Shown one piece after another: positions 36,520 through 45,333 of a DNA stretch of 64,000 bases (position 1 is its first letter; every line of letters begins with the position of its first letter). The stretch spans positions 3,552,001 to 3,616,000 of the forward strand of contig OZ244207.1 of assembly GCA_965216875.1 (NCBI GenBank), read 5' to 3'. A model generated the notes under the pieces. That model saw nothing but the letters and a program-made list of their open reading frames with translations, was not told where the DNA came from and did no database searches. Both the position numbers and the translations under genes were made by a program. This DNA is from Rubripirellula sp. GTDB taxonomy: Bacteria > Planctomycetota > Planctomycetia > Pirellulales > Pirellulaceae.

Positions 36520-36994
36520 TCCTTTGAACCGAATGGGTCGGGTTGCCCTGAAAGGCTAGATTCCTGTGCGGTAGCGGCCGCGCCGCCCAACAGGGCGAGA
36601 CGGCGACACGAGGAAAAAATAGGAAAGTTGCCATTTCGACTCAAGATGAATCGAGCAACGCCTCTTCGAAACGCTTCGCGAACGACCGTTGTTTGGCGTT
36701 CCCCTGGCACACCGCCGCCTGCGACATTGGTGCTAGCAAATGAAACCTTGTTGCACGCAGGTTGTAACTTTTTCCGTTTGTGGCATTCGTTTCGACGCTC
36801 CATCCAACGGGCAAAAAAGAATTCGCCCACGATTTACGAGACGAACGCGCCTTCTTGAGTTTTGCAGCGTGCCTTTGGCACAGGGCGTGCTCTAGTTGCC
36901 CTCCATCAAGAAAAGACTTGCCGCCCTGGCAAACTGCCTGTGACGGCCAAAACGTCAACCTCTCGAACATCGATTAAAAGGCGAAGGAGAAGCC

Positions 36995-37393
36995 ATGCTT
37001 GTTTTGTCCCGTAAGGCCAAGGAACAGATTTTGATCGGCCAAGATATTCGCGTCACTCTGTTGCGAATTGATGGCAATAAAGTCCGTATCGGTATCGAAG
37101 CCCCCGATGAGGTGCGTGTGATTCGCGGCGAACTCGCTGGCACCGAAAAACCACAACCGAGCGACGACAAAGACGACGAGCAAGGACAAGTGAGCCCTCG
37201 CGAAGAAGCGTTCGCCCATCCTCGTGTCGCCAGCAAAACGGCCCCCAACAAAACCAAACCACGCCGGGCTGTCACCAATCGGTTGCCCGTCCAGGACAAG
37301 CCGCAGTTGTTCGTCGGCAGCGTCGATCGCGATGGCGAATCACCTGAGATTAAGCCCGCGCCCCTGGCTGGCTACATGACCACTGCAAGCTAG
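36995..37393 (+). CDS. csrA: Carbon storage regulator CsrA-family protein with C-terminal extension
   Basis: MLVLSRK..EQILIG.DIRVT..RIDGNKVRIGIEAPDEVRVIRGEL; AAGGAG RBS. Confidence 0.9.
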   Translation: MLVLSRKAKEQILIGQDIRVTLLRIDGNKVRIGIEAPDEVRVIRGELAGTEKPQPSDDKDDEQGQVSPREEAFAHPRVASKTAPNKTKPRRAVTNRLPVQDKPQLFVGSVDRDGESPEIKPAPLAGYMTTAS

Positions 37394-37432
37394 TCTCGAA
37401 GAAAAGGGGTTCTCTCTTTTCTCTTCCGACAA

Positions 37433-39541
37433 TCACCGCTCGATGACGACGGGGGCGAAAACACCCGACTCCTGCTCGTCGCTGAGGTGATCTGGCACGG
37501 TTGCGATCCGCTGACCTGGTTGAGTGGCGACTCGGTCGTTGGCATCGACTTCCTGCAGGTGTGCCATCAAAATCCGCCGGACTTCATAGATGGTTGTGCC
37601 ATTCATGTGAATGGTTGTGTGAGGGGCGTCGACGCGCAGTTCGCTTTCGACGTCGTCCATCACCGCGCTATCGATATTGACCACGCCATCACCGGGACCA
37701 ATCTTGCGTTGCAAGAAAGACGGTTCCTTCAATTCGCCGATGATGTTGTGATACTTGACGTTGGGTGCGCGCTTCGCATGCATCATGACCGGAAAGATCG
37801 GTGATTCGGGCGCGAGAGAATCAATTGCATTGGCAACGGTCAAGAGTTGCGTGTGCTTGAACAGTTGAGGGTTTTCCTCGGCCAGGCGATGACCAGTGGT
37901 GACGGCCATTTGCGGAAGCTTGATGATCTTACGTGCCAGCCAGCGAGTCACATCATTGGCAAATTCGCTGCCCCGATGCGGAGTCCCGATGGTGATCACG
38001 CGCCGAACCGACTCGCTCGGTTTGAAGTACAACGTGCTAACCAGTTTGTGAACGTCTTCGTTCGAGCCGCGAATCTGAGCGACCGCCTCTTGAGGCGACT
38101 GGGCGGGATGATCACTGACAATCTTCCAGAACTCATCGCCACTATCGATCGTCTGCATTCGGCTAACCAAGCCGCCCATACTGTGACCAACCAGGACCAT
38201 CTGATCCATGTTCTTGTCGCGATGGCTCGGATCAAACACCTCGCGCATCTCTCTTAGGTCAGCGCGCAAATGCGTCGCACTGGTCCAGAACGGTTGTCCG
38301 GTGGGATAAAGGTAGAACCAAAACTGATAGCGTTCGCGCACTTCGGGAAAGCTACGCAGGTCGTTGAACATGTCCATCCAGGTCATCGGACTCGACCAAA
38401 GACCATGGACCATCAACACGGGAATACGATCAGGGTCGTACGGTTCCAACATGTACAAGCCGCGTTTGGCCTGGTAGTCGTTCGGGTTGATCAAACCTTC
38501 GGTGGCCAGATTCCGTTTGCGAAACTCGGGACTGTCCAAAAAGAACGCCAGTGGCGTTGTCAGGTCGGTTTCGAGCGGGACCCATTGGTTGGCCAATTCG
38601 ATTTGATTGGCCGTCAGCGGGTCGAAGAACTCGAGGATGCAGGTGCCGGCTTCGCCAGCACGTGCACCGTTGGGCTTCACACAGCGCATCATCGCCGTGA
38701 CGCTATAGCTGAGCCCCTCGGGGTAATATCCCTCGCGGTTTTCGCTGTCGCCTGATGGGCGTCGAACGGCGATCAGTGGGACGCCGAGACCATAGGTGGT
38801 GTGGCGATTGCGAAGCGTTTCGATCTCGTAGTCACTGACAAACTCGTAGTGATCAAACTCATCGGGTTTCCACTGGCCACGCATTTCGGTGCGGACAAGG
38901 AATTCTCGGTTCGGCGTGCTGATCGTGTAGGTTTGCCCTGGCTCGATCTTGTTTTCGCTGCACAACAATCGCAGCGTGTCTTCGAGCGATTCGTTGTACA
39001 GGTCGCACGCATCGCGAAATTGAGGGTCGTACGGGTTGCGCGTGATCTTGAGATCTTCGCTGAACAGATAGTCGTACGCGTTGGTCAGCGCAACGCCGTA
39101 TTGATTCAACGCAGCGTACACATCGCCGCGGCGTTCCGCTTTTTTTCCTTCGACGTAAGACAGTTCACTGAGGGCGTAGATCAATTCGCCATCAGGCGTG
39201 TTGGCAACGGTCTCACGTATGTGTTCAAAGCAGACGTTGTGATCGTCTTTGTAACTCCCTTCCAGGCCGAATCGACGGAGGGTGTCCCAGGTCCGCTCAC
39301 TAATCTCGGGGCCTTGGCGGCCGGTCAGTTTGAGCTGGGCGGTGAGCGCGTTTTCGCGAATGGAACGGGGTGCGAGGTAGTTTGTCGTTGCGCAGCCGCC
39401 ACCACACAGCAAGGCAACACACGTCCACATCGCTCGCATCGACAAAGTTCGCCAATGCAAGGGTGAAGTGGTGTGGGAAGGCTGCGGTATTCGCTTTGAT
39501 TCGTTTCCTAGTTGCTCGTCCATCGCTTGTTCGCTGCGCAC
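37433..39541 (-). CDS. Alpha/beta-hydrolase (esterase/lipase family), probable lipoprotein
   Basis: PVLMVHGLWSSP, LVGHSMGGL nucleophile elbow, IGTPHRGS, GDGVV; lipobox-like LCGGGC; start uncertain. Confidence 0.9.
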   Translation of the reverse strand: MRSEQAMDEQLGNESKRIPQPSHTTSPLHWRTLSMRAMWTCVALLCGGGCATTNYLAPRSIRENALTAQLKLTGRQGPEISERTWDTLRRFGLEGSYKDDHNVCFEHIRETVANTPDGELIYALSELSYVEGKKAERRGDVYAALNQYGVALTNAYDYLFSEDLKITRNPYDPQFRDACDLYNESLEDTLRLLCSENKIEPGQTYTISTPNREFLVRTEMRGQWKPDEFDHYEFVSDYEIETLRNRHTTYGLGVPLIAVRRPSGDSENREGYYPEGLSYSVTAMMRCVKPNGARAGEAGTCILEFFDPLTANQIELANQWVPLETDLTTPLAFFLDSPEFRKRNLATEGLINPNDYQAKRGLYMLEPYDPDRIPVLMVHGLWSSPMTWMDMFNDLRSFPEVRERYQFWFYLYPTGQPFWTSATHLRADLREMREVFDPSHRDKNMDQMVLVGHSMGGLVSRMQTIDSGDEFWKIVSDHPAQSPQEAVAQIRGSNEDVHKLVSTLYFKPSESVRRVITIGTPHRGSEFANDVTRWLARKIIKLPQMAVTTGHRLAEENPQLFKHTQLLTVANAIDSLAPESPIFPVMMHAKRAPNVKYHNIIGELKEPSFLQRKIGPGDGVVNIDSAVMDDVESELRVDAPHTTIHMNGTTIYEVRRILMAHLQEVDANDRVATQPGQRIATVPDHLSDEQESGVFAPVVIER

Positions 39542-40153
39542 GTTGATCCGTGTCGGTCAGAGAATCAGTGCGGACGGTAGGAATTCGCAGTGGGGAGTGT
39601 CAACGTTATCTCGGCGCGAATTGGCTCGAAACGTTGCCCGCGAACTGGACAGCGCCTATCGTGAAAAGTGGAAGCCACGACGATCTCTATTCGCGATAAG
39701 TGAAACGTGTTTCACGCGAATGTTTCTTCGTCACTCGCGCCAGGATGCGCACGCGGCCGCAGAGCCGCCCGAAAGCCATGCCGGTTTCGAGAGAAACCGA
39801 ACCGGTTTTAAGAATGGAAGCACCTGGTTTGTCTGCACAAAGTCTGCGCGGTGGATGGCCGCCGTCGTTGTGATCTCAGCCAGCGTGAATTCTTAAAAAA
39901 CCAAGCGGGTTTTCGAGCGTTCTTTGCTCATCAGGACCGGACCAACCGGCGTGATTGATTCTCGACCTGACGGTCTGGGTTGGTCACACCAGTTATCCCG
40001 AATTACCGCCGCAACAGTTTTTTGACCAGGCACCCTTTGTGACCTATATTCCCGTGGCCGCCCGTATTGAGCATCTTGAGCGGCCTCGCTGCATTGCCTC
40101 CTCCCGGCACGTGTGGAACCTCCCAATCGATGCTCGCCATGGAAACTCTGCGC

Positions 40154-41821
40154 ATGGATTTTATTGCCCGCGTCGTGATCAAGCCCCTCGCAGCTGGCAT
40201 TGTTGCAACGGTCGTCACCCTCTCTGGCAACCTCGCGACCCTCAACCACGTCTCGGCACAGTCGCCAAGCGAAGCGGGTGTGGTCGATGCGGAATCAGCC
40301 TCGGTCCAGTCTGGCCTCGAGTTGGAACGAAATCGCCAATGGGCGGAAGCGGTCCGACACTACGAGGACGCGACAAAGAAACATCCATCAAGCAAGACGT
40401 TGTATCAACGGCTTGTCATCAGTCGCATCCATTACGATGTCAATCGACGTTATCGCGACGACAGCTATTTGCAATCGGTGCGTGAACTCGGAACGAGCCA
40501 AGCGCTCGACCTGTACGCCGAAATGCTGGCGAACCTCGAAACACACTATGTCGAAAACGTCGACTGGTCGCGTGTGCTCGTGCATGGCACCGCTGCGTTG
40601 GAAGTCGCATTGACCGAGGACAGCTTCGTGCAACGTTTGCTCGCCGACGTTGATCCTGAAGCAATCGAGCGATTCCGTCTCAACATCCATCACCGCCTCA
40701 GCAATCGCAGCACCGCGACACGCTTCGATTTGCGTGCAACGGTCGCCTATGTGGCTGGTGCCGCGCAAACCGAGTTGGGACTATCGGCAACGGCAACCGT
40801 GCTGGAGTATCTGAGCGGAGCGGTTTCGACACTCGACCCGTACACACGCCTTCTGTCGCCGAGCCAGTTGGACGAGATGTTCTCAAACATCGAAGGCAAC
40901 TTCGTCGGCCTGGGAATCGAGTTGAAAGCAGAATCGGATCACCTGCAAATCTTGTCGGTGATCCCCAACGGTCCGGCCGAAGAGGCTGGCATCCTTGCTG
41001 GCGAGAGGATCGTCCGTGTTGAGTCGGCCTTCACCGACGCGACCGACCCCGACCACGCCGCCGACTTGCTTCGCGGCCCCGAGCACACCTACGTTTCGAT
41101 CGCTGTCACGAACGCTCAAGGCGAGCAACGGGACTTGAAGGTCCAACGTCGACGCGTCGAAGTTCCTTGTGTTGAAAACGTTCACTTCATCGACGTCGAC
41201 AACCGCGTTGGTTACATGCGGCTGACGAACTTCCAAAAAACAACCACCCGTGACGTCGAACGAGCCCTGTGGCAGTTGCACCGCCAAGGCATGCGTTCGC
41301 TGGTCATCGATGTGCGTGGCAATCCCGGTGGACTGCTGTCGGCGGCCGTTGAAGTGGCCGACCGTTTCCTTGGCACAGGACGCATTGTCACCACACGTGG
41401 CCGCAATGCTCGCGAGAATTTTGACTACATCGCGCATCGTCCCAACACTTGGAATGTGCCGCTTGCTGTCCTCATTGACCGCGACAGCGCAAGTGCCAGC
41501 GAGATCTTTGCTGGTGCCATCGCTGACTCGAAGCGAGGAGCAATCATTGGCGAGACAAGCTACGGCAAAGGAAGCGTGCAAGGCATCTTCCGCATGCAAA
41601 CCGCCAAGTTTGGACTCTGTCTGACCACCGCCAAGTTCTATTCGCCGAGTGGTCGTGCCATCAGCCGCCGCGGCGTCACGCCAAGCATCGAGGTGGAGCC
41701 GACTTACATTGCCGCTCGCCCGAATGCAGAAGGGAAAGTGACCCTCGACGCAGAAGACGCCGTCTTGCAACGAGCGGTAGAGCACTTCGGCGGCGAGCAA
41801 AAGATCTCACGCCGTCCCTAG
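40154..41821 (+). CDS. S41 family C-terminal processing peptidase (CtpA-like) with PDZ domain
   Basis: LDPYT, GNFVGLGIE, GPAEEAGI, VGYMRLTNF, DVRGNPGGLL, SASASEIFAGA, GETSYGKGSVQ, TTAKFYSPSG; start could be 40130/40139/40154. Confidence 0.93.
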   Translation: MDFIARVVIKPLAAGIVATVVTLSGNLATLNHVSAQSPSEAGVVDAESASVQSGLELERNRQWAEAVRHYEDATKKHPSSKTLYQRLVISRIHYDVNRRYRDDSYLQSVRELGTSQALDLYAEMLANLETHYVENVDWSRVLVHGTAALEVALTEDSFVQRLLADVDPEAIERFRLNIHHRLSNRSTATRFDLRATVAYVAGAAQTELGLSATATVLEYLSGAVSTLDPYTRLLSPSQLDEMFSNIEGNFVGLGIELKAESDHLQILSVIPNGPAEEAGILAGERIVRVESAFTDATDPDHAADLLRGPEHTYVSIAVTNAQGEQRDLKVQRRRVEVPCVENVHFIDVDNRVGYMRLTNFQKTTTRDVERALWQLHRQGMRSLVIDVRGNPGGLLSAAVEVADRFLGTGRIVTTRGRNARENFDYIAHRPNTWNVPLAVLIDRDSASASEIFAGAIADSKRGAIIGETSYGKGSVQGIFRMQTAKFGLCLTTAKFYSPSGRAISRRGVTPSIEVEPTYIAARPNAEGKVTLDAEDAVLQRAVEHFGGEQKISRRP

Positions 41822-41862
41822 TCACAAGTGCCACGCGGCACCTGGCACGAGACAACACAAAA

Positions 41863-41900
41863 AACAACGCCCATCCGTTTGGATGGGCGTTGTTCGTTTT
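41863..41900. terminator. Bidirectional terminator between convergent genes
   Basis: AACAACGCCCATCC-GTTT-GGATGGGCGTTGTT flanked by A and T runs. Confidence 0.85.
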
Positions 41901-41919
41901 GCAATGGATCGATTCGACT

Positions 41920-42210
41920 CTAGTCAGTCGGTTGTGTCACGAATCGAGCCGAGGTGGTTGTGGCTTGCTGAGCTTTGGCGGCCGCTTGTTTGGCTGGCTT
42001 CGTCTCGCGAACCAAGATGCTTGGGCCAAAGACTTCCGTCATCTTTTCCGGAGTCATTTGCAGCACGCGACTGGCCCGGTAGTTACCACCGCGAGTCGAT
42101 TGTGTTTTTGGTTGGCTGTAACTTCGACGACCAAAGCGTCCGAACTGGGCTTCGGCTGTCGAGAATGCAGAAAGGACCAGGGTCACAGCAACGATGGCTC
42201 GAAAGGTCAC
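41920..42210 (-). CDS. Small secreted hypothetical protein
   Basis: Clear signal peptide MTFRAIVAVTLVLSAFSTAEA followed by basic mature region. Confidence 0.65.
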   Translation of the reverse strand: MTFRAIVAVTLVLSAFSTAEAQFGRFGRRSYSQPKTQSTRGGNYRASRVLQMTPEKMTEVFGPSILVRETKPAKQAAAKAQQATTTSARFVTQPTD

Positions 42211-42395
42211 GGTGTCATCCTATGTGGCGATCATCATCAACAAGGACGACGCCACAGCTCCGGCTGGATGTCGGTCCCGATCATTAACTTTTGTTCCCAG
42301 AACTCTTGCATATTTTTTGCCACGGGGCGGTCAAAAAAGACCAGTGCGATTGTATCGGTCAACGCCGTTGTGACACTGCGGCGATCGCACAATCG

Positions 42396-42773
42396 CTAGG
42401 GTTGGTACAACGCGACGCAAGCGCCAGCCGGATCTTCGATCACCGCGCATCGGCCTCCGCCGGCCGAACGTGGACCATGAAGCAATTTGCCGCCACTCTC
42501 GTTGCAACGGGCGATGCATGCGTCCAGATCTTCGACATTGATGTACAGCAACCATTGCGGTGGAAGACCAACGTTTTCTCCGCGGGCGTGACAGATTCCG
42601 GCCACCGTCGCGCCATCACCCGCGATCATGCAGTGATCTTCGTATTGCCCCATGGGCACAGGCGAGCTCGTCCAGCCGACGACCTTCTCGTAAAACTCTC
42701 GGATCTCGTTGGCATTGTCGATCGTTAGGTCGGCCCATCCGATCTGTCCCGGAGATGGAGTTGGCTCGTTCAT
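42396..42773 (-). CDS. VOC / glyoxalase-bleomycin-resistance family protein
   Basis: GQIGWADLT, FYEKVVGW, WLLYINVEDLD, GGKLL, AVIEDPAG. Confidence 0.92.
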   Translation of the reverse strand: MNEPTPSPGQIGWADLTIDNANEIREFYEKVVGWTSSPVPMGQYEDHCMIAGDGATVAGICHARGENVGLPPQWLLYINVEDLDACIARCNESGGKLLHGPRSAGGGRCAVIEDPAGACVALYQP

Positions 42774-43009
42774 ACTTTGTTGCTCGCTGACTTGTTGGTT
42801 GAAATGGGTGCTCACCAAGACCTATTCGTCTTAACCGAAAGAACCGTTCCATTGAGACAAAAAGGCCGATACCGAACCCCTTTTTTTACCGCGCCAGCCC
42901 GGTTTGTGGTCAAAACTTTTGCAGGAACGGTAGCGCCAATCTTCTCCGCGCACACCGATTCCAAAGAACTGTTGATGGAATACAAGACGAACGAGCACGA
43001 GGTGCAACC

Positions 43010-43759
43010 ATGTCCCACCGCATCATCCTTGCAGCACTATTGGTTGGATTTGTCGCGAGCCACGCTGACGCCCAAAACCGTTTCCACCGCCGCCGCGGAG
43101 CGATCTTTGGTGGCCTGGCCGGCGCCGCCGTTGGCGCAGCGATCGGCGACAAGGGAGACAACGAAACAGCCGGCGCATTGATCGGCGGAGCCGTTGGGGC
43201 CATTGCTGGCGGTGCCATCGGCGATCAAAAAGATCGTCGCATCGAAGAGCGGCACCACCACGCCTATCAAACTCACAAATACCAACAGCAATTGCATCAC
43301 ACGCAAGCGCAGGCCGATTGGCAAGCACAGCAGTTTGCTGCAGAACTCGAACGGGCCGAACAAGCACAAGCCCAACAAGCTCAAGCCGCTCGCGCGCTTT
43401 CCAATGCGGACGTCATTGATTTGGTCCGTCGCGGTGTCGCCGAATCAACCATCGTGCAGTACATCAAGATCAATGGTGTGGCGCGTCAATTGGGCGTTCG
43501 CGACATCATCAGCCTGCACGAACAGGGTATCTCCGAATCGATTATCAACGCCATGCAAACGGCGCCGGTCGCTCAACAACCCGCAATCTTTGACGAAACG
43601 CCTCACCGATCGGGTGCTCCCGTCTTGGCGCCGCCGGTCACCTCGGCCGCGCCAGAAGTGATCTACGACGACTCGAGCATCGGCGTGAAAACGGTCAAGC
43701 CACCACGCAATCTGCCGCCGCTGGTTGACCCCACCAAGCCCTACGTGTTCCCACAGTAG
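43010..43759 (+). CDS. Glycine-zipper domain exported protein
   Basis: Signal peptide; GAIFGGLAGAAVGAAIG..GALIGGAVGAIAGGAIG; LSNADVIDLVRRGVAESTIV..LHEQGISESIINAM. Confidence 0.85.
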   Translation: MSHRIILAALLVGFVASHADAQNRFHRRRGAIFGGLAGAAVGAAIGDKGDNETAGALIGGAVGAIAGGAIGDQKDRRIEERHHHAYQTHKYQQQLHHTQAQADWQAQQFAAELERAEQAQAQQAQAARALSNADVIDLVRRGVAESTIVQYIKINGVARQLGVRDIISLHEQGISESIINAMQTAPVAQQPAIFDETPHRSGAPVLAPPVTSAAPEVIYDDSSIGVKTVKPPRNLPPLVDPTKPYVFPQ

Positions 43760-43769
43760 GATTGAGCCC

Positions 43770-43883
43770 GTTCGTAGTACCGAGCTTTAGCCGGAATCTT
43801 CAGCCCCCGCCGCCCAAAGGCGGGGCGAACGGACACTCGATCATGCCGGATCTGCATCGCTGTCGCTTCTTGATCCGGCCTAC
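43770..43883. repeat. REP-like cluster (families B, C)
   Basis: GTTCGTAGTACCGAGCTTTAGCCGGAATCT 43770-43799; TGCCGGATCTGCATCGCTGTCGCTTCTTGATCCGGCCTAC 43844-43883. Confidence 0.85.
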
Positions 43884-43885
43884 CT

Positions 43886-45265
43886 TCACGCCAGGATCTC
43901 ATTCACGACACGACCACTGACATCGGTCAAACGAAAGTCGCGCCCGGCGTAGCGGTAGGTCAGTTTTTCGTGGTCGATTCCCAGCAAGTGCAAAATCGTG
44001 GCATGCAAATCATGCATGTGCACGCGGTCGCGTCGGGCATAGTATCCGTAATCGTCGGTTTCGCCATGAGTGATGCCGCCCTTGAGTCCACCGCCTCCCA
44101 AGACCATCGAGAAACCTTGTGGGTTGTGGTCGCGTCCGTTCGATCCTTGCACGACGGGCGTGCGACCGAATTCGCCTCCCCACACAATCAACGTGTCTTC
44201 CCAAAGGCCGCGTTGTTGCAAGTCTTGGATCAGCGCGCCGACCGGTTGGTCGGTCGCGAGTGCATTCTTGTTGTGCCCTGATTCAAGGTTGCCATGTTGG
44301 TCCCACACCTGTCCACTGCTGACGGTGATGAACCGCACGCCAGCTTCGGCCAAGCGGCGTGCGAGCAGGCAACCGCGGCCATACGAATCCGTTGCCTTCT
44401 GGCCGATCCCGTACAACGAGTGCGTCGCCTCAGTCTCCTGATCAAGATCGAAAATCTCGGGAGCGGCCAATCGCATCCGCGAGGCAAGGTCAACCGCTTC
44501 GATCGCTCCTTCGATTTCACGATCGGGGCCCGTTGCCTCGAGGTGTCTCTGGTTCAGTTGCTGGACTAGCGAAAACCGACGCTCGATTCGGTCAGCGTCG
44601 ACCGGCCCATCAAGGTTGGCAATCTTTCCATCGCCGAACCTCCCATTGCTGCCGATCACCGTCGCTTGATGCGCGGCCGGCAGAAACGCGGCGCCGTAGT
44701 TTCGTGGTCCTCCGTGGGCAGTCGCCGGTCCAATTGCCACATGAGCTGGCAGGTCGGGGTGACCACTTCCCAATGCGTAGCTAATCCAAGCCCCAACGCT
44801 GGGGCGAACCAAGTTATCGCTACCCGTGTTGACCATGCCAACCGCTTGGCCGTGCGATTGGCCTTTGGTGTGCATGCTGCGAATCACGGTAAGAGAATCG
44901 GCCTGCTCGGCCATGTGCGGCAAGAGATCGCTCACCCACATTCCTGATTCACCGCGCTGCTTGAACTTCCAAGGACCGTTCATCAACTTCGGGACGGCGT
45001 CGATGTTGGGCGGAAGTGCAAACGGTAGCGGTTTGCCGTCATCCCGTTTCAGCAGCGGCTTGTAGTCGAACGTGTCAACATGACTGGGGCCACCATGCAT
45101 GAACAGGAAGATCACCCGCTTAACGCGGGGCTTCACGTGAAAGCCATCAATCGTAGGCGCGCCAAATAGCGACCTTGTCGGGGCCATCGCCGAAACAGCA
45201 AGTGAACCGAGCGTAAAGCTACTGACAGAGCCAAACTGGCGGCGGGTAACTTGCGTGCGTTTCAT
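43886..45265 (-). CDS. DUF1501 domain protein (sulfatase-like fold, Tat-type signal)
   Basis: [65 protein letters not shown]. Confidence 0.95.
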   Translation of the reverse strand: MKRTQVTRRQFGSVSSFTLGSLAVSAMAPTRSLFGAPTIDGFHVKPRVKRVIFLFMHGGPSHVDTFDYKPLLKRDDGKPLPFALPPNIDAVPKLMNGPWKFKQRGESGMWVSDLLPHMAEQADSLTVIRSMHTKGQSHGQAVGMVNTGSDNLVRPSVGAWISYALGSGHPDLPAHVAIGPATAHGGPRNYGAAFLPAAHQATVIGSNGRFGDGKIANLDGPVDADRIERRFSLVQQLNQRHLEATGPDREIEGAIEAVDLASRMRLAAPEIFDLDQETEATHSLYGIGQKATDSYGRGCLLARRLAEAGVRFITVSSGQVWDQHGNLESGHNKNALATDQPVGALIQDLQQRGLWEDTLIVWGGEFGRTPVVQGSNGRDHNPQGFSMVLGGGGLKGGITHGETDDYGYYARRDRVHMHDLHATILHLLGIDHEKLTYRYAGRDFRLTDVSGRVVNEILA

Positions 45266-45333
45266 GGACTGGGCCTGAAGGTGTGGGCGCTAGATACTTG
45301 GTTGATGTGCGAGGGTGTGAACTCAAGAAACAC

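Noticed and set aside
39542..40129. Long divergent intergenic region as an ncRNA or small gene locus
   Set aside because: No recognisable RNA motif, terminator or convincing RBS-ORF by eye
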